Below, piece by piece: positions 8,154 through 17,156 of a stretch of DNA of 25,699 nt. The stretch is taken from assembly GCA_964422665.1 (NCBI GenBank), contig CAYRCH010000001.1, forward strand, positions 26,855 to 52,553, given 5' to 3'. The notes under the pieces were generated by a model. The model saw only the letters and a list, made by a program, of their open reading frames with translations, was not told the DNA's origin and ran no database searches. Every line of letters begins with the position of its first letter. Position 1 is the stretch's first letter. Source of the stretch: an uncultured Sphingomonadaceae bacterium. GTDB lineage: Bacteria > Pseudomonadota > Alphaproteobacteria > Sphingomonadales > Sphingomonadaceae. A program made the translations under genes and the position numbers.

Positions 8154-8561
8154 TCAGGCCTTCTCCAGCGTGCATTGCAGCGGGTGCTGGTTCTCCCGCG
8201 CGTAATCCATCACCTGGTTCACCTTGGTCTCGGCAACCTCGTAGGGAAACACGCCGCATACGCCCACACCGCGCTGGTGGACGTGGAGCATGACCCGCGT
8301 CGCCTGCTCCATGTCCATCCGGAAGAAGCGCTTGAGGACCATCACCACGAATTCCATGGGCGTGTAGTCGTCATTGAGCAGCAGCACCTTGTACTGGCTC
8401 GGCTTCTTGGGGCGTGCGCGCGTCTTCGTCGCCAGGCCGAGCTGGCCTTCGCCTTCATCGCCGTGATGGTCGGGCGGCGAATCCTCGCCCGGGCCGCTGC
8501 CGATGGTCAGCAGTGCCTCTTCAGGCTCGGGCCTGATGGACGAAGGGCGATCTTGATCCAT
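8154..8561 (-). CDS. clpS: ATP-dependent Clp protease adaptor ClpS
   Basis: [17 protein letters not shown]...[24 protein letters not shown]...HPLQCTLEK. The start codon is uncertain (ATG 8561 chosen). Confidence 0.93.
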   Translation of the reverse strand: MDQDRPSSIRPEPEEALLTIGSGPGEDSPPDHHGDEGEGQLGLATKTRARPKKPSQYKVLLLNDDYTPMEFVVMVLKRFFRMDMEQATRVMLHVHQRGVGVCGVFPYEVAETKVNQVMDYARENQHPLQCTLEKA

Positions 8562-8642
8562 GCGCGGCTGAATATCGTGAATCGCCGCGAAACCGCAAGA
8601 TGCGCACGGCAAATTGAGGGTTAATGCGGGTCCGGAAACCAA

Positions 8643-8677
8643 ACGGGCCGCCCGGCGCAAAAAGCGGGGCGGCCCGT
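8643..8677 (-). terminator. GC-rich hairpin downstream of the phasin gene
   Basis: ACGGGCCGCCC 8643-8653 pairs with GGGCGGCCCGT 8667-8677; the U-tail is weak. Confidence 0.5.
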
Positions 8678-8733
8678 CGGTTGGCCGAGGAGGGGGGAGA
8701 GGAGTCCCTGCGTCGGCCGAAATCGTGCCCCGA

Positions 8734-9462
8734 TCAGGCGGCCTTGGAGATCTTCTCCGCGGCCACGCTCATGCGGCTGGAAATCGGGGCGAAGCTTTCA
8801 TTGGCGAGCTTCAGCATCGATTCGGTTTGCTTGGAGCTGAAAGCCACCATCGCGTCGAAATTGCGGCGTGCGAGCTTGCCTTGCAGCTGGAACAGCTCGC
8901 TCGGGCTCTTGACCGCGGTCACTTCCTTGAGATCGCCGGTCACGGTCTCGTAAGCGGACTTGGCGTCTTCGACATAGGTCTTGCCCATGTTCTGCATGCC
9001 GGCGGCAAGCAGCTTCCCGGCCTCGACCATGGCTTCGACATTGCCCTTGGCAAAGTCGGACATTTCGCCGGTGATCTCGGAGGATTTTTCGTAGGCAGTC
9101 TGAGCGCGCGACTGCATGTCGCTCATCATATCGCTCAGGGTCTTGGTGAAATCCGTGCTCTTGGAACTCGCCATGATTTTTTCCTTTAACTGTGTAATTG
9201 TGGGCTGGGCCGGCGGGGCCTGAGGGGTGAGAGCTTTCTTGGGCTTCGGTGCCGGCTTTGCTGAAACCTTGCTGCTGCTGGTCGTTTTCTTGGTCTTCTT
9301 CGACTTGGGCGCGGGCTTGACGACTGGCTTGGGCATGGCTTCTTGCGCCGCTACCTTGTCCTTCGCACTGGCCTGCGCCGGTGCGGCCGGCTTGGCCTGT
9401 GCAGATGCTTCTGCGTAGGCTTTCTCGGCGGAATCGGTGCCCTTGTCGGCAGCCTCGGCCAT
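8734..9462 (-). CDS. phaP: Phasin (PHA granule protein) with a 96-aa Ala/Lys/Pro-rich N-terminal extension
   Basis: C-terminal helical phasin-like domain ([14 protein letters not shown]...[20 protein letters not shown]), adjacent to phaC. GAGGA RBS before ATG 9462; second in-frame ATG at 9174 with AAAGGA RBS. Confidence 0.85.
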   Translation of the reverse strand: MAEAADKGTDSAEKAYAEASAQAKPAAPAQASAKDKVAAQEAMPKPVVKPAPKSKKTKKTTSSSKVSAKPAPKPKKALTPQAPPAQPTITQLKEKIMASSKSTDFTKTLSDMMSDMQSRAQTAYEKSSEITGEMSDFAKGNVEAMVEAGKLLAAGMQNMGKTYVEDAKSAYETVTGDLKEVTAVKSPSELFQLQGKLARRNFDAMVAFSSKQTESMLKLANESFAPISSRMSVAAEKISKAA

Positions 9463-9498
9463 TTCGTTCCTCGCTTTCGCCCGTAACCGTTACGGGTA

Positions 9499-9563
9499 TG
9501 TTGCAGTGCACAAAATAGTGAAGCTGGTCACCGAGTCAAGGATTTTTGTGCAGCGCACAAAAA
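9499..9563. promoter_or_regulatory. Two PhaR-like operator boxes upstream of the phasin gene
   Basis: TGTTGCAGTGCACAAAA at 9499-9515 and the palindrome TTTTTGTGC-AGC-GCACAAAAA at 9543-9563. Both contain TGC-N3-GCA, the type of motif bound by alphaproteobacterial PhaR. Confidence 0.7.
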
Positions 9564-9600
9564 TTTCAACGAATACCGGTTTTCGTGCAAGGCGGCGCAA

Positions 9601-11502
9601 TCACCGCATCGCGACATAGCGGCCGGGTGCGTCCTCGATCACCTTGTCGCCCCGTCCGCCGGGCCTGCGCTTGCCCTTAGCGGGCACTTTGCCGGGCGCT
9701 TGCCTGGCGAGCCATTTGGCCCAGTCCGGCCACCAGCTTCCGGGATGTTCCTTCGCACCGGCGAGAAAGTCCTCGATACTGTGAGCGGTTTTGGCGCTGG
9801 TCCAGTACTGGTATTTGTGGGCCGCGGGCGGATTCACCACTCCCGCAATATGGCCCGAGCCGGCCAGCACGAACCGGACCGGGCCTGACACGATGTCCTT
9901 CAGACGAAACACGCTTTCGGGCGGCGCGATATGATCCTCTCGCCCGGCCTGGATATAGCAGGGCGTTTCGATCAGCCGCAGGTCGATCGCCGTTCCGTCC
10001 ACGCTCAGCGCATCGGGCTGCACCAGCAAATTGTCCCGGTAGAGGTCGCGCAGATAGGCCTGGTGCCATGCGGCGGGGAGGTTGGTGACGTCGCTGTTCC
10101 AGTGCAGCAGGTCGAAGGCCGGATAGTCCTCGCCCAGCAGGTAGTTGTTGACGACGTAGTTCCAGATCAGGTCGCTGCCGCGCAGCAGATTGAAAGTCGC
10201 GGCCATGTAGCGCCCGTCCAGATAGCCGCCCTGGCTGGCCTGCCGGACCATTTCCAGCTTGGCGTCGTCGATGAAGAATTTGAGCTCGCCCGCATGCCGG
10301 AAATCCACCTGCGCGGTGAAGAATGTGGCGCTCTTCACCCGGTCCGCTTCGCCGCGCCGGGCGAGCACCGCCAGTGTGGCAGCCAGCGTCGTTCCCGCAA
10401 CGCAATAGCCGATCGCGTGTACGGCCGGGACCTTGAGCCGATCACGCACATGGTTGATCGCCTCGATCTGGGCGCCGACATAGTCGTCCCAGGTGACATC
10501 GGCCAGGCTCTCGTCGGCGGACCGCCAGCTGACCATGAACACGGTAATCCCGTGGTCGACTGCCCATTTGACGAAGCTTTTCTTCGGGCTGAGGTCGAGG
10601 ATGTAAAAGCGGTTGATCCAGGGCGGAAAGATCACCAGCGGAACTTCCAGCACCTCCTCGGTGGAAGGGCTATACTGGATCAGCTGGAACAGCCGTGTTT
10701 CGAATACCACCTTGCCGGGTGTGGTGGCGAGGTTCCTGCCAAGCTGGAAGGCGTCTTCCTGCGTATGGGTCAGCTGCCCTTTCTCAAGGTCGTGCGCGAG
10801 CCGTTCCATGCCTTTGACGAGGTTCTGGCCATGGCTCTCGATGGTCTTCTCGAGCACCAGCGGATTGGTGAGCGGGAAGTTGGCGGGGCTCGCTGCCTCG
10901 ATGGCAGTGCGGGTGGCGAAGCGCAGGCTCTCACGCTGGTCTTCGTCGAGGCCTTCCAGTTCGTCGACCATCGCCTGCAGGCGCTCGGCCATCAGCAGGT
11001 AGGTCTGGTGGATCAGGGCGAAAACCGGCTGTTCGCGCCAGGCGGGATCGGCGAAGCGGCGGTCGGTGCGGGGCAGTTTCGGTTCCGCCGGCGCACCCTC
11101 CTTTGCCTTCGGCCCGATTCCATACTGGCCCAGCACTTCTTCCCAGAGCTCGTATCCCTCGCGCCAAAGCTCCTGTTGGCGGACAGGATCGGTCAGCGGC
11201 AGTTGTTTCTGCCAAGCCTGCATCATCTCCAGCCATTGCGTGGGGTCGGCCAGCAGAGGCAGTTCGAGTTTGCCGAGCTGCTGCTGGGTGAGGAACTCGC
11301 CCCACATCTCTTGCATCCGGGCGGCCGCGCTGTTCCATTCGCCCAACGCCTCGGTGGCGTCGTCCCCTTCTTCCGCTGCTTGCGCCGCGCAGCCCAGCAC
11401 GCCTTCGAAGGCAGCGCGCGCGGCATCGCTCTGCAGCTGGAGCATCTCGGCGAATATCTCGCCCGCGTCCTGCGCTCCCTTGTCGGTCCCGGTTTTGGCC
11501 AT
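9601..11502 (-). CDS. phaC: Class I poly(3-hydroxyalkanoate) synthase
   Basis: PPWINRFYILDL, lipase box GYCVAG, EDHIAP and GSGHIAG catalytic motifs, GSWWPDW; 633 aa. Confidence 0.97.
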   Translation of the reverse strand: MAKTGTDKGAQDAGEIFAEMLQLQSDAARAAFEGVLGCAAQAAEEGDDATEALGEWNSAAARMQEMWGEFLTQQQLGKLELPLLADPTQWLEMMQAWQKQLPLTDPVRQQELWREGYELWEEVLGQYGIGPKAKEGAPAEPKLPRTDRRFADPAWREQPVFALIHQTYLLMAERLQAMVDELEGLDEDQRESLRFATRTAIEAASPANFPLTNPLVLEKTIESHGQNLVKGMERLAHDLEKGQLTHTQEDAFQLGRNLATTPGKVVFETRLFQLIQYSPSTEEVLEVPLVIFPPWINRFYILDLSPKKSFVKWAVDHGITVFMVSWRSADESLADVTWDDYVGAQIEAINHVRDRLKVPAVHAIGYCVAGTTLAATLAVLARRGEADRVKSATFFTAQVDFRHAGELKFFIDDAKLEMVRQASQGGYLDGRYMAATFNLLRGSDLIWNYVVNNYLLGEDYPAFDLLHWNSDVTNLPAAWHQAYLRDLYRDNLLVQPDALSVDGTAIDLRLIETPCYIQAGREDHIAPPESVFRLKDIVSGPVRFVLAGSGHIAGVVNPPAAHKYQYWTSAKTAHSIEDFLAGAKEHPGSWWPDWAKWLARQAPGKVPAKGKRRPGGRGDKVIEDAPGRYVAMR

Positions 11503-11664
11503 GATGGTTCACTAGCGAACGAGTATTACGATTGGGAACAAGTTTTGCGTTCCAGTGCCTTTCGTCGGCGCCGCCGCGGCGATAGCCATTGCGCGGCCGG
11601 GCTGATTCCGCCACTATCGGCGTCCCTGCGCGGCGCTGTTGCCGCGCTTTTTGGATATGAGGTC

Positions 11665-12864
11665 ATGGAAGACGATTTCTACCGCATCAAGCGACTGCCG
11701 CCCTACGTTATCGCCGAAGTCAATGCGATGCGGGCAGCGGCACGCGCGAGCGGCAGGGATATCGTCGACCTCGGAATGGGCAACCCGGACCTGCCTCCGC
11801 CGCAGCACGTGATCGACAAGCTGTGCGAAGTGGCGCAAAAGCCGGACGCGCACGGATATTCGCAGTCGAAGGGTATTCCCGGCCTGCGCAAGGCCCAGGC
11901 AGGGTACTACCAGCGGCGCTTCGGGGTGGAGCTCGATCCCGAGAGTGAGGTGGTGGTGACGCTCGGCTCCAAGGAAGGGCTGGCGACGCTCGCCACTGCG
12001 ATCACCGCGCCGGGCGATACCGTTCTGGCACCTAACCCCAGCTATCCGATCCATACGTTCGGTTTCATCATCGCCGGTGCCACAATCCGCGCCGTGCCGA
12101 CGACGCCGGACGCGCAATATTGGGATGCGCTGGAAAAGGCGATGCGCTTCACCTCGCCGCGGCCGACAGTATTGGTGGTCAATTACCCCTCCAATCCCAC
12201 AGCCGAGGTTGTGGATCTCGCCTTCTATCAGCGGCTGGTCGACTGGGCGAAGGAGAACAAGGTCTGGGTCCTCTCGGACCTGGCTTATTCGGAACTTTAT
12301 TATAACGGCCAGCCGACCCCCTCGATTCTACAGGCGAAGGGGGCGAAAGACGTCGCGATCGAATTTACGTCGCTCAGCAAGACCTTCTCCATGGCCGGAT
12401 GGCGGATCGGTTTCGCTGTCGGCAACAAGACGCTGATCTCGGCCCTGACCCGGGTGAAGAGCTATATCGATTATGGCGCCTTCACCCCGATCCAGGCGGC
12501 CGCCTGCGCGGCGCTCAACGGCCCGCAGGACATCGTCGAGAAGAATCGTGAACTCTATCACAAGCGCCGCGATGTGCTGGTCGAGGCGTTCGGACGGGCC
12601 GGATGGGAAATCCCCGCGCCGCCGGCATCAATGTTTGCCTGGGCGCCGCTGCCACCGGCCCTGAAGCACATGGGCAGTCTCGAATTCTCCAAGCAGCTTC
12701 TGACCCATGCCGACGTCGCGGTGGCGCCGGGGGTCGGCTATGGCGAAGACGGCGAAGGCTTCGTCCGCATTGCGATGGTGGAAAACGAGCAACGGCTCCG
12801 GCAGGCGGCGCGCAATGTAAAGCGCTACCTGACCTCCATGGGCGTCAACACCAACGCTGCGTGA
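11665..12864 (+). CDS. alaC: PLP-dependent class I/II aminotransferase, AlaC/YfdZ-like (often annotated LL-DAP aminotransferase)
   Basis: RIKRLPPYV, DLGMGNPD, GSKEG, NYPSNPT, DLAYSEL, SLSKTFSMAGWRIG (PLP Lys). True start is ATG 11665 with GAGG RBS; the track's 977-aa ORF adds an antisense-phaC shadow. Confidence 0.85.
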   Translation: MEDDFYRIKRLPPYVIAEVNAMRAAARASGRDIVDLGMGNPDLPPPQHVIDKLCEVAQKPDAHGYSQSKGIPGLRKAQAGYYQRRFGVELDPESEVVVTLGSKEGLATLATAITAPGDTVLAPNPSYPIHTFGFIIAGATIRAVPTTPDAQYWDALEKAMRFTSPRPTVLVVNYPSNPTAEVVDLAFYQRLVDWAKENKVWVLSDLAYSELYYNGQPTPSILQAKGAKDVAIEFTSLSKTFSMAGWRIGFAVGNKTLISALTRVKSYIDYGAFTPIQAAACAALNGPQDIVEKNRELYHKRRDVLVEAFGRAGWEIPAPPASMFAWAPLPPALKHMGSLEFSKQLLTHADVAVAPGVGYGEDGEGFVRIAMVENEQRLRQAARNVKRYLTSMGVNTNAA

Positions 12865-12948
12865 ATGGTTTCGGGTGGCGCACTTGCCACCCGGCGCCTT
12901 GAAGCTGTAGCTCCCGTCGACTGACAATTTCGGCATAGGGGGGCGCAC

Positions 12949-13764
12949 ATGGACCAGTTGTCTTCCGACCGGGTGCTGTTGCTAATCGAGGACGGGATCG
13001 CTCATGTGCGGCTCAATCGTCCGGACAAGCTCAATGCACTCGACCGGGAAATGATTGCAGCGCTGATCGAGACGGGTGAGCATCTCCGCGATCAGCCGGA
13101 TGTCCGCGCGGTGATCATCGCCGGGGTCGGCAAGGCCTTCTGCTCGGGCCTCGACCTGGCGGAGATGGCGTCGCTCGCAGATGGTACCAGCGCGGCCTCC
13201 GACGAAATGGTGCAGCGCAGCCACGGCGATGCCAACGCTTTCCAGCGTATCTCGCTGATATGGCGGGACCTACCGGTTCCGGTGATCGCCGCCGTGCACG
13301 GCGTGTGTTTCGGCGGTGGGCTGCAGATCGCATGCGGGGCGGATATTCGCGTGGTCGATCCGGAAGCGCGGATGAGCGCGATGGAAACGGCGTGGGGCAT
13401 CGTACCCGACATGGGCGGCTTCGTCCTCTGGCCGACCATGATGCGCGACGATGCGATGCGCGAGATCGTGTTCACCGCGCGGGAATTTTCCGGCGAGGAA
13501 GGGGCCCTGCTCGGTCTCGTGACGCATCTGGCGGACGATCCGCTGATGCGTGCGGAAAGGCTTGCGCGGATGATCGCAAGGCGCAGCCCCGATGCGGTGC
13601 GAGCGGCAAAGAGGCTTGCCAACACTGCTTCGGCTGGCGCTTCCCGCCGCGCGATGCTGGAGGCCGAGACGGCCGAGCAGGAGAAGCTCATCGGCACTCC
13701 CGACCAGCGGGAGGCCGTGGCCGCCCGGCTGGCGGGGCGCGAACCGCTTTTCAGCAAACGGTAA
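12949..13764 (+). CDS. Crotonase / enoyl-CoA hydratase family protein
   Basis: LNRPDKLNAL, FCSGLDL, PVIAAVHGVCFGGGLQIA..ADIR, GIVPDMGG. Confidence 0.92.
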   Translation: MDQLSSDRVLLLIEDGIAHVRLNRPDKLNALDREMIAALIETGEHLRDQPDVRAVIIAGVGKAFCSGLDLAEMASLADGTSAASDEMVQRSHGDANAFQRISLIWRDLPVPVIAAVHGVCFGGGLQIACGADIRVVDPEARMSAMETAWGIVPDMGGFVLWPTMMRDDAMREIVFTAREFSGEEGALLGLVTHLADDPLMRAERLARMIARRSPDAVRAAKRLANTASAGASRRAMLEAETAEQEKLIGTPDQREAVAARLAGREPLFSKR

Positions 13765-13857
13765 ATCCGCCATCCTGCATCGGTGCTGGCCGAATCTTAG
13801 AAGGCGAAGTATTGCCGGCACCAGAAGCGCATACAAAGATTGCGGGGAGAGACGAGC

Positions 13858-15252
13858 ATGGCAAGCAGCGCACCGGCGCGCGCACTCGACGTTGCGGAAT
13901 ACCTGCAGAGCCTGAAATTCACGCGGTATCACCTGACCCTGCTGATCCTGTGCTCGCTGGTGACCTTCTTCGATGGGCAGGACTTTTCGGCCCTTGCCTA
14001 TGCGCTCCCCTATATTCGCGACGATATGGGGATTTCCGACGAAATGACGGGCTATGTCAGCTCGGCCGCCTTTGCGGGGCAGATGGTCGGATCGCTGTTC
14101 GGATCCTATCTCGGCGACATTTTCGGGCGCCGCCCCGTCATCATCGCCTGCACGATCGGCAGCGCTGTTCTGACGACGCTGGTCGGTTTTGCCGGGAACC
14201 CGGAACAGCTGATCGCGCTACGCTTCGTTTCGGGCCTGGCGATTGGCGGCTTGCTCGCCCCGGTCTGGGCCCTGAGCATCGAGAGCATGCCCAAGTCCAT
14301 GCGTGCGACCAGCGTCACGATCATCATGCTGGGCTTCTCGTTCGGTGCCTCGTCCGCGGCGCCCATAGCCAACTGGACCGCCCCTGTCCTCGGCTGGCAG
14401 GGCATCTTCTGGGTGTGCGGAGCGATGACGGGGGTGTTCTCGATACTCCTGCTCTTCATGCTGCCTGAAAGCACACGCTGGCTTGTTGCCACCGACAAGC
14501 CGCGCTCGCGCATCGTCCCGATGCTGGCCCGGTTCAATCCGGGGTTCGAGTTGCAAGCCTATGAGCGGTTCACGCTTTCGGACGAGCGGGAAGCGAGCAA
14601 GTCCGCCAACCCGCTGCTCAAGTTTCGCGAGCTGTTCGTCGGCGCGCTGCTGATCGTCACTCCGCTGATCTGGGCCGCCTATTTCTTCTCCAGCTTCGCC
14701 ATCTATCTCAAGTCCGCCTATGGCGTGATCTTCATGGAGAACCTCGGCATCACCCGGCAGAATGCCGCCTGGCTCGGCGGCGCGAGCGGCATGGTCGGCG
14801 CGATCGGCGGTGTTGTATTGCTGGCCCTGACCGAGAAGCGCGGGCCGGGGTGGATCTCGCTTGCCCCACTGGCCGGCATACCCTTCGTGCTGCTGGTCGC
14901 CCTCGGCTATGTTGCCGGCGGGACCGAGCTGGCCGTGATGCTGCTCATCGGGGCGATTTTCGTGGGCGCCGGCCATGCGGCGGTGATCTCGATCACCAGT
15001 ATCTATTATCCGAGCGCAGTGCGCGCGACCGGGGGCGGCTGGGCCAGCTTCATGGCCAAGTTCGCCGCGGTGGCCGCGCCGATTTACGGCGCGCAGTTCC
15101 TGGCCGGACGGCAGGGCGCGATGGACGGCTATCTCTTCACGGCCGGCTGCCTCGCCGGAATCGTGGTCTGCATCCTGGCCCTTGCCTGGTTCGCACGCGG
15201 GCTGCGCGGCGAGGACCGCGTGCCGGCCGCAAGCGCGCAGCCGGCTGAATAG
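13858..15252 (+). CDS. MFS transporter, aromatic acid:H+ symporter (PcaK/BenK-like) type
   Basis: DGQD in TM1, GDIFGRR loop, LPESTRW motif, about 12 hydrophobic segments; ATG 13858 with GGAGAG RBS. Confidence 0.88.
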   Translation: MASSAPARALDVAEYLQSLKFTRYHLTLLILCSLVTFFDGQDFSALAYALPYIRDDMGISDEMTGYVSSAAFAGQMVGSLFGSYLGDIFGRRPVIIACTIGSAVLTTLVGFAGNPEQLIALRFVSGLAIGGLLAPVWALSIESMPKSMRATSVTIIMLGFSFGASSAAPIANWTAPVLGWQGIFWVCGAMTGVFSILLLFMLPESTRWLVATDKPRSRIVPMLARFNPGFELQAYERFTLSDEREASKSANPLLKFRELFVGALLIVTPLIWAAYFFSSFAIYLKSAYGVIFMENLGITRQNAAWLGGASGMVGAIGGVVLLALTEKRGPGWISLAPLAGIPFVLLVALGYVAGGTELAVMLLIGAIFVGAGHAAVISITSIYYPSAVRATGGGWASFMAKFAAVAAPIYGAQFLAGRQGAMDGYLFTAGCLAGIVVCILALAWFARGLRGEDRVPAASAQPAE

Positions 15253-15262
15253 GAACATCACC

Positions 15263-16924
15263 ATGGCCGCAAACCTTCGCAGCAATTCCGCCAACTCGCC
15301 CGGACGCCGTGCCAACTGGCGCGCGCTCGGGCTGAGCAAGGAGGATATGGAGAAGCCCAAGATCGCGGTGGTCAATTCCTCCAGCGAGCTGGCGATCTGT
15401 TACGCCCATCTCGATTCCATCGCGAAGATCGTGAAGGAGGAGATCCGCAAGGCCGGCGGCGTTCCTTTCGAAGTGCGCACCTCGGCCCCGTCGGACTTCA
15501 TTACCGGCGCGGGCAAGAAGGGATCCTACATCCTTGCGGGCCGCGACATCATCGCCAACGATATCGAGGTGCAGGTGGAAGGCGCCCTCCTCGACGGGAT
15601 GATCTGCCTGACGAGCTGCGACAAGACGCCGCCGGGGCACCTGATGGCAGCGGCGCGGCTGAACATCCCGACGATCCTGGTCATCGGCGGATACCAGCCC
15701 GCGGGCGAGATCGACGGGCAGCCGGTCGATGTGGAGGACGTTTGGTCTGGCCAGGTCGGGGAGCGGTTCGGCAAGACGCCCAAATTCCCTGTGGCCGACA
15801 TGGCCGAGAACGCCATCATGGGGCCCGGCGTCTGCGCCGGCATGGCGACCGCCAATACGATGCATTCGGTGGTCGAGGCGCTGGGCATGGCGCTGCCGGG
15901 TCATGCGCCGGTGCGCGCCAATTCCCCGAAGATGCAGGACAATGCCCGCGAAGCGGCGCGGCGGATCGTCGAGATGGTGCAGGAAGATTTGAAGCCCCGC
16001 GACATCCTAACCGAAGGCGCGTTCCGCAATGCGGTGGCGACCGTGCTGGCCGTCTCCGGCTCGATCAACGCGATCAAGCACTTGCAGGCGACCGCGATCG
16101 AGGCGGAAAACGGCGTCGACGTCTATGCCATGTGGGAGGAAATGTCCCATGTGCCGGTGATCTCCGCCGTGCGCCCCACGGGCGAGGTGCGGATCGAGCA
16201 ATTCGAGGATGCGGGCGGCGCGCGTGCGGTGTTGAAGCGGCTCGAAGGCCTTATCGACACATCCGCGCTGACCTGCACCGGCAAGGCGCTGGCGGAGAAT
16301 CTCGCCGGTTACGAGATCCCCGGCCCGGACATCATTCGCCCGGTGGACGATCCGGTGGGACCGGGGCCGGCGATCGCCATACTGAAAGGGAACTTTGCCG
16401 AGACCGCCGTGGTCCGGCTCGGCATCCGGGACGGCTCGCGGCCGGAGGAATTCTCCGGCCCGGCCCGGGTGTTCGAGGATTCGATGGACTGCCTGCAGGC
16501 GATCGAGGACGGCAAGGTGCAGGCGGGCGAGGTGGTCGTGGCGCGCGGGCAGGGGCTCAAGGGCGGCCCCGCCATGGGCGGCGGCGCCTCGCTGATCCTG
16601 TTCGCGCTCGACGCCGCGGGCCTCGCCAAGACCACCGCCTTCGTCACCGACGGGCAGCTTTCGGGCCTGTGCCTCAAGGGCCTGACCGTGGCCGAAGTCT
16701 CGCCCGAGGCCGCGACCGGCGGCCCAATCGGCAAGATCCGCGACGGCGACGTGATCACCATCAGCGTGCAGCGCCGCGCGATCGAGGTGGCACTGACCGA
16801 CGGCGAACTCGAAAGCCGGTCCGCCCCGGGATATGCGGAAGCCGCGACAGGCTACCTCAGGAACTTCCGCGAGTCCGTCCGCCCGCTTTCGACCGGCGGG
16901 GTGCTGCTCCCGGAGCCGAAATAG
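15263..16924 (+). CDS. IlvD/Edd-family [Fe-S] dehydratase, divergent paralog
   Basis: Three Cys motifs (ICYAHL, SCDKTPPG, GVCAGMATANTM), GSINAIKHL, TDGQLSG, VSPEAATGGPI; ATG 15263 with AGGA RBS, 10 nt after the MFS stop. Confidence 0.88.
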   Translation: MAANLRSNSANSPGRRANWRALGLSKEDMEKPKIAVVNSSSELAICYAHLDSIAKIVKEEIRKAGGVPFEVRTSAPSDFITGAGKKGSYILAGRDIIANDIEVQVEGALLDGMICLTSCDKTPPGHLMAAARLNIPTILVIGGYQPAGEIDGQPVDVEDVWSGQVGERFGKTPKFPVADMAENAIMGPGVCAGMATANTMHSVVEALGMALPGHAPVRANSPKMQDNAREAARRIVEMVQEDLKPRDILTEGAFRNAVATVLAVSGSINAIKHLQATAIEAENGVDVYAMWEEMSHVPVISAVRPTGEVRIEQFEDAGGARAVLKRLEGLIDTSALTCTGKALAENLAGYEIPGPDIIRPVDDPVGPGPAIAILKGNFAETAVVRLGIRDGSRPEEFSGPARVFEDSMDCLQAIEDGKVQAGEVVVARGQGLKGGPAMGGGASLILFALDAAGLAKTTAFVTDGQLSGLCLKGLTVAEVSPEAATGGPIGKIRDGDVITISVQRRAIEVALTDGELESRSAPGYAEAATGYLRNFRESVRPLSTGGVLLPEPK

Positions 16925-17156
16925 TACTACACATATTGCACATTTAGTGCCTGAGACCTTTGCAGTATTATCCAGCGTTTTCAAACGCTTGCAGAATCAG
17001 CACCGTGACCTTTGGCGCCGGGCCTTTCCGGCCCGCTTTCCGGCCTTTGTTCAAGCGCCAGACCCGCTGGTCCGCACAGTCGAGCATAAATATCTCACAC
17101 TTGCCGGCCTGTAGGAAAGCGAAAACCGGCTCGCCCGCTTCCTCACCGCCGCCGCC

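Noticed and set aside
8154-8561. clpS without an adjacent clpA
   Set aside because: Separation of clpS from clpA is not rare, and nothing in the sequence suggests a deletion scar.
11535-11553. GGAAC-N9-GTTCC upstream of phaC as an EcfG promoter
   Set aside because: No CGTT-like -10 element at 16-17 nt spacing on either strand.
9931-11664. 977-aa ORF suggesting a giant aminotransferase fusion
   Set aside because: The first 578 codons are the antisense shadow of phaC and its upstream gap. The real gene starts at ATG 11665 with an RBS.
12872-12893. Hairpin CGGGTGGC/GCCACCCG after the aminotransferase as a terminator
   Set aside because: No U-tract follows it on either strand; it may be only a pause or processing hairpin.
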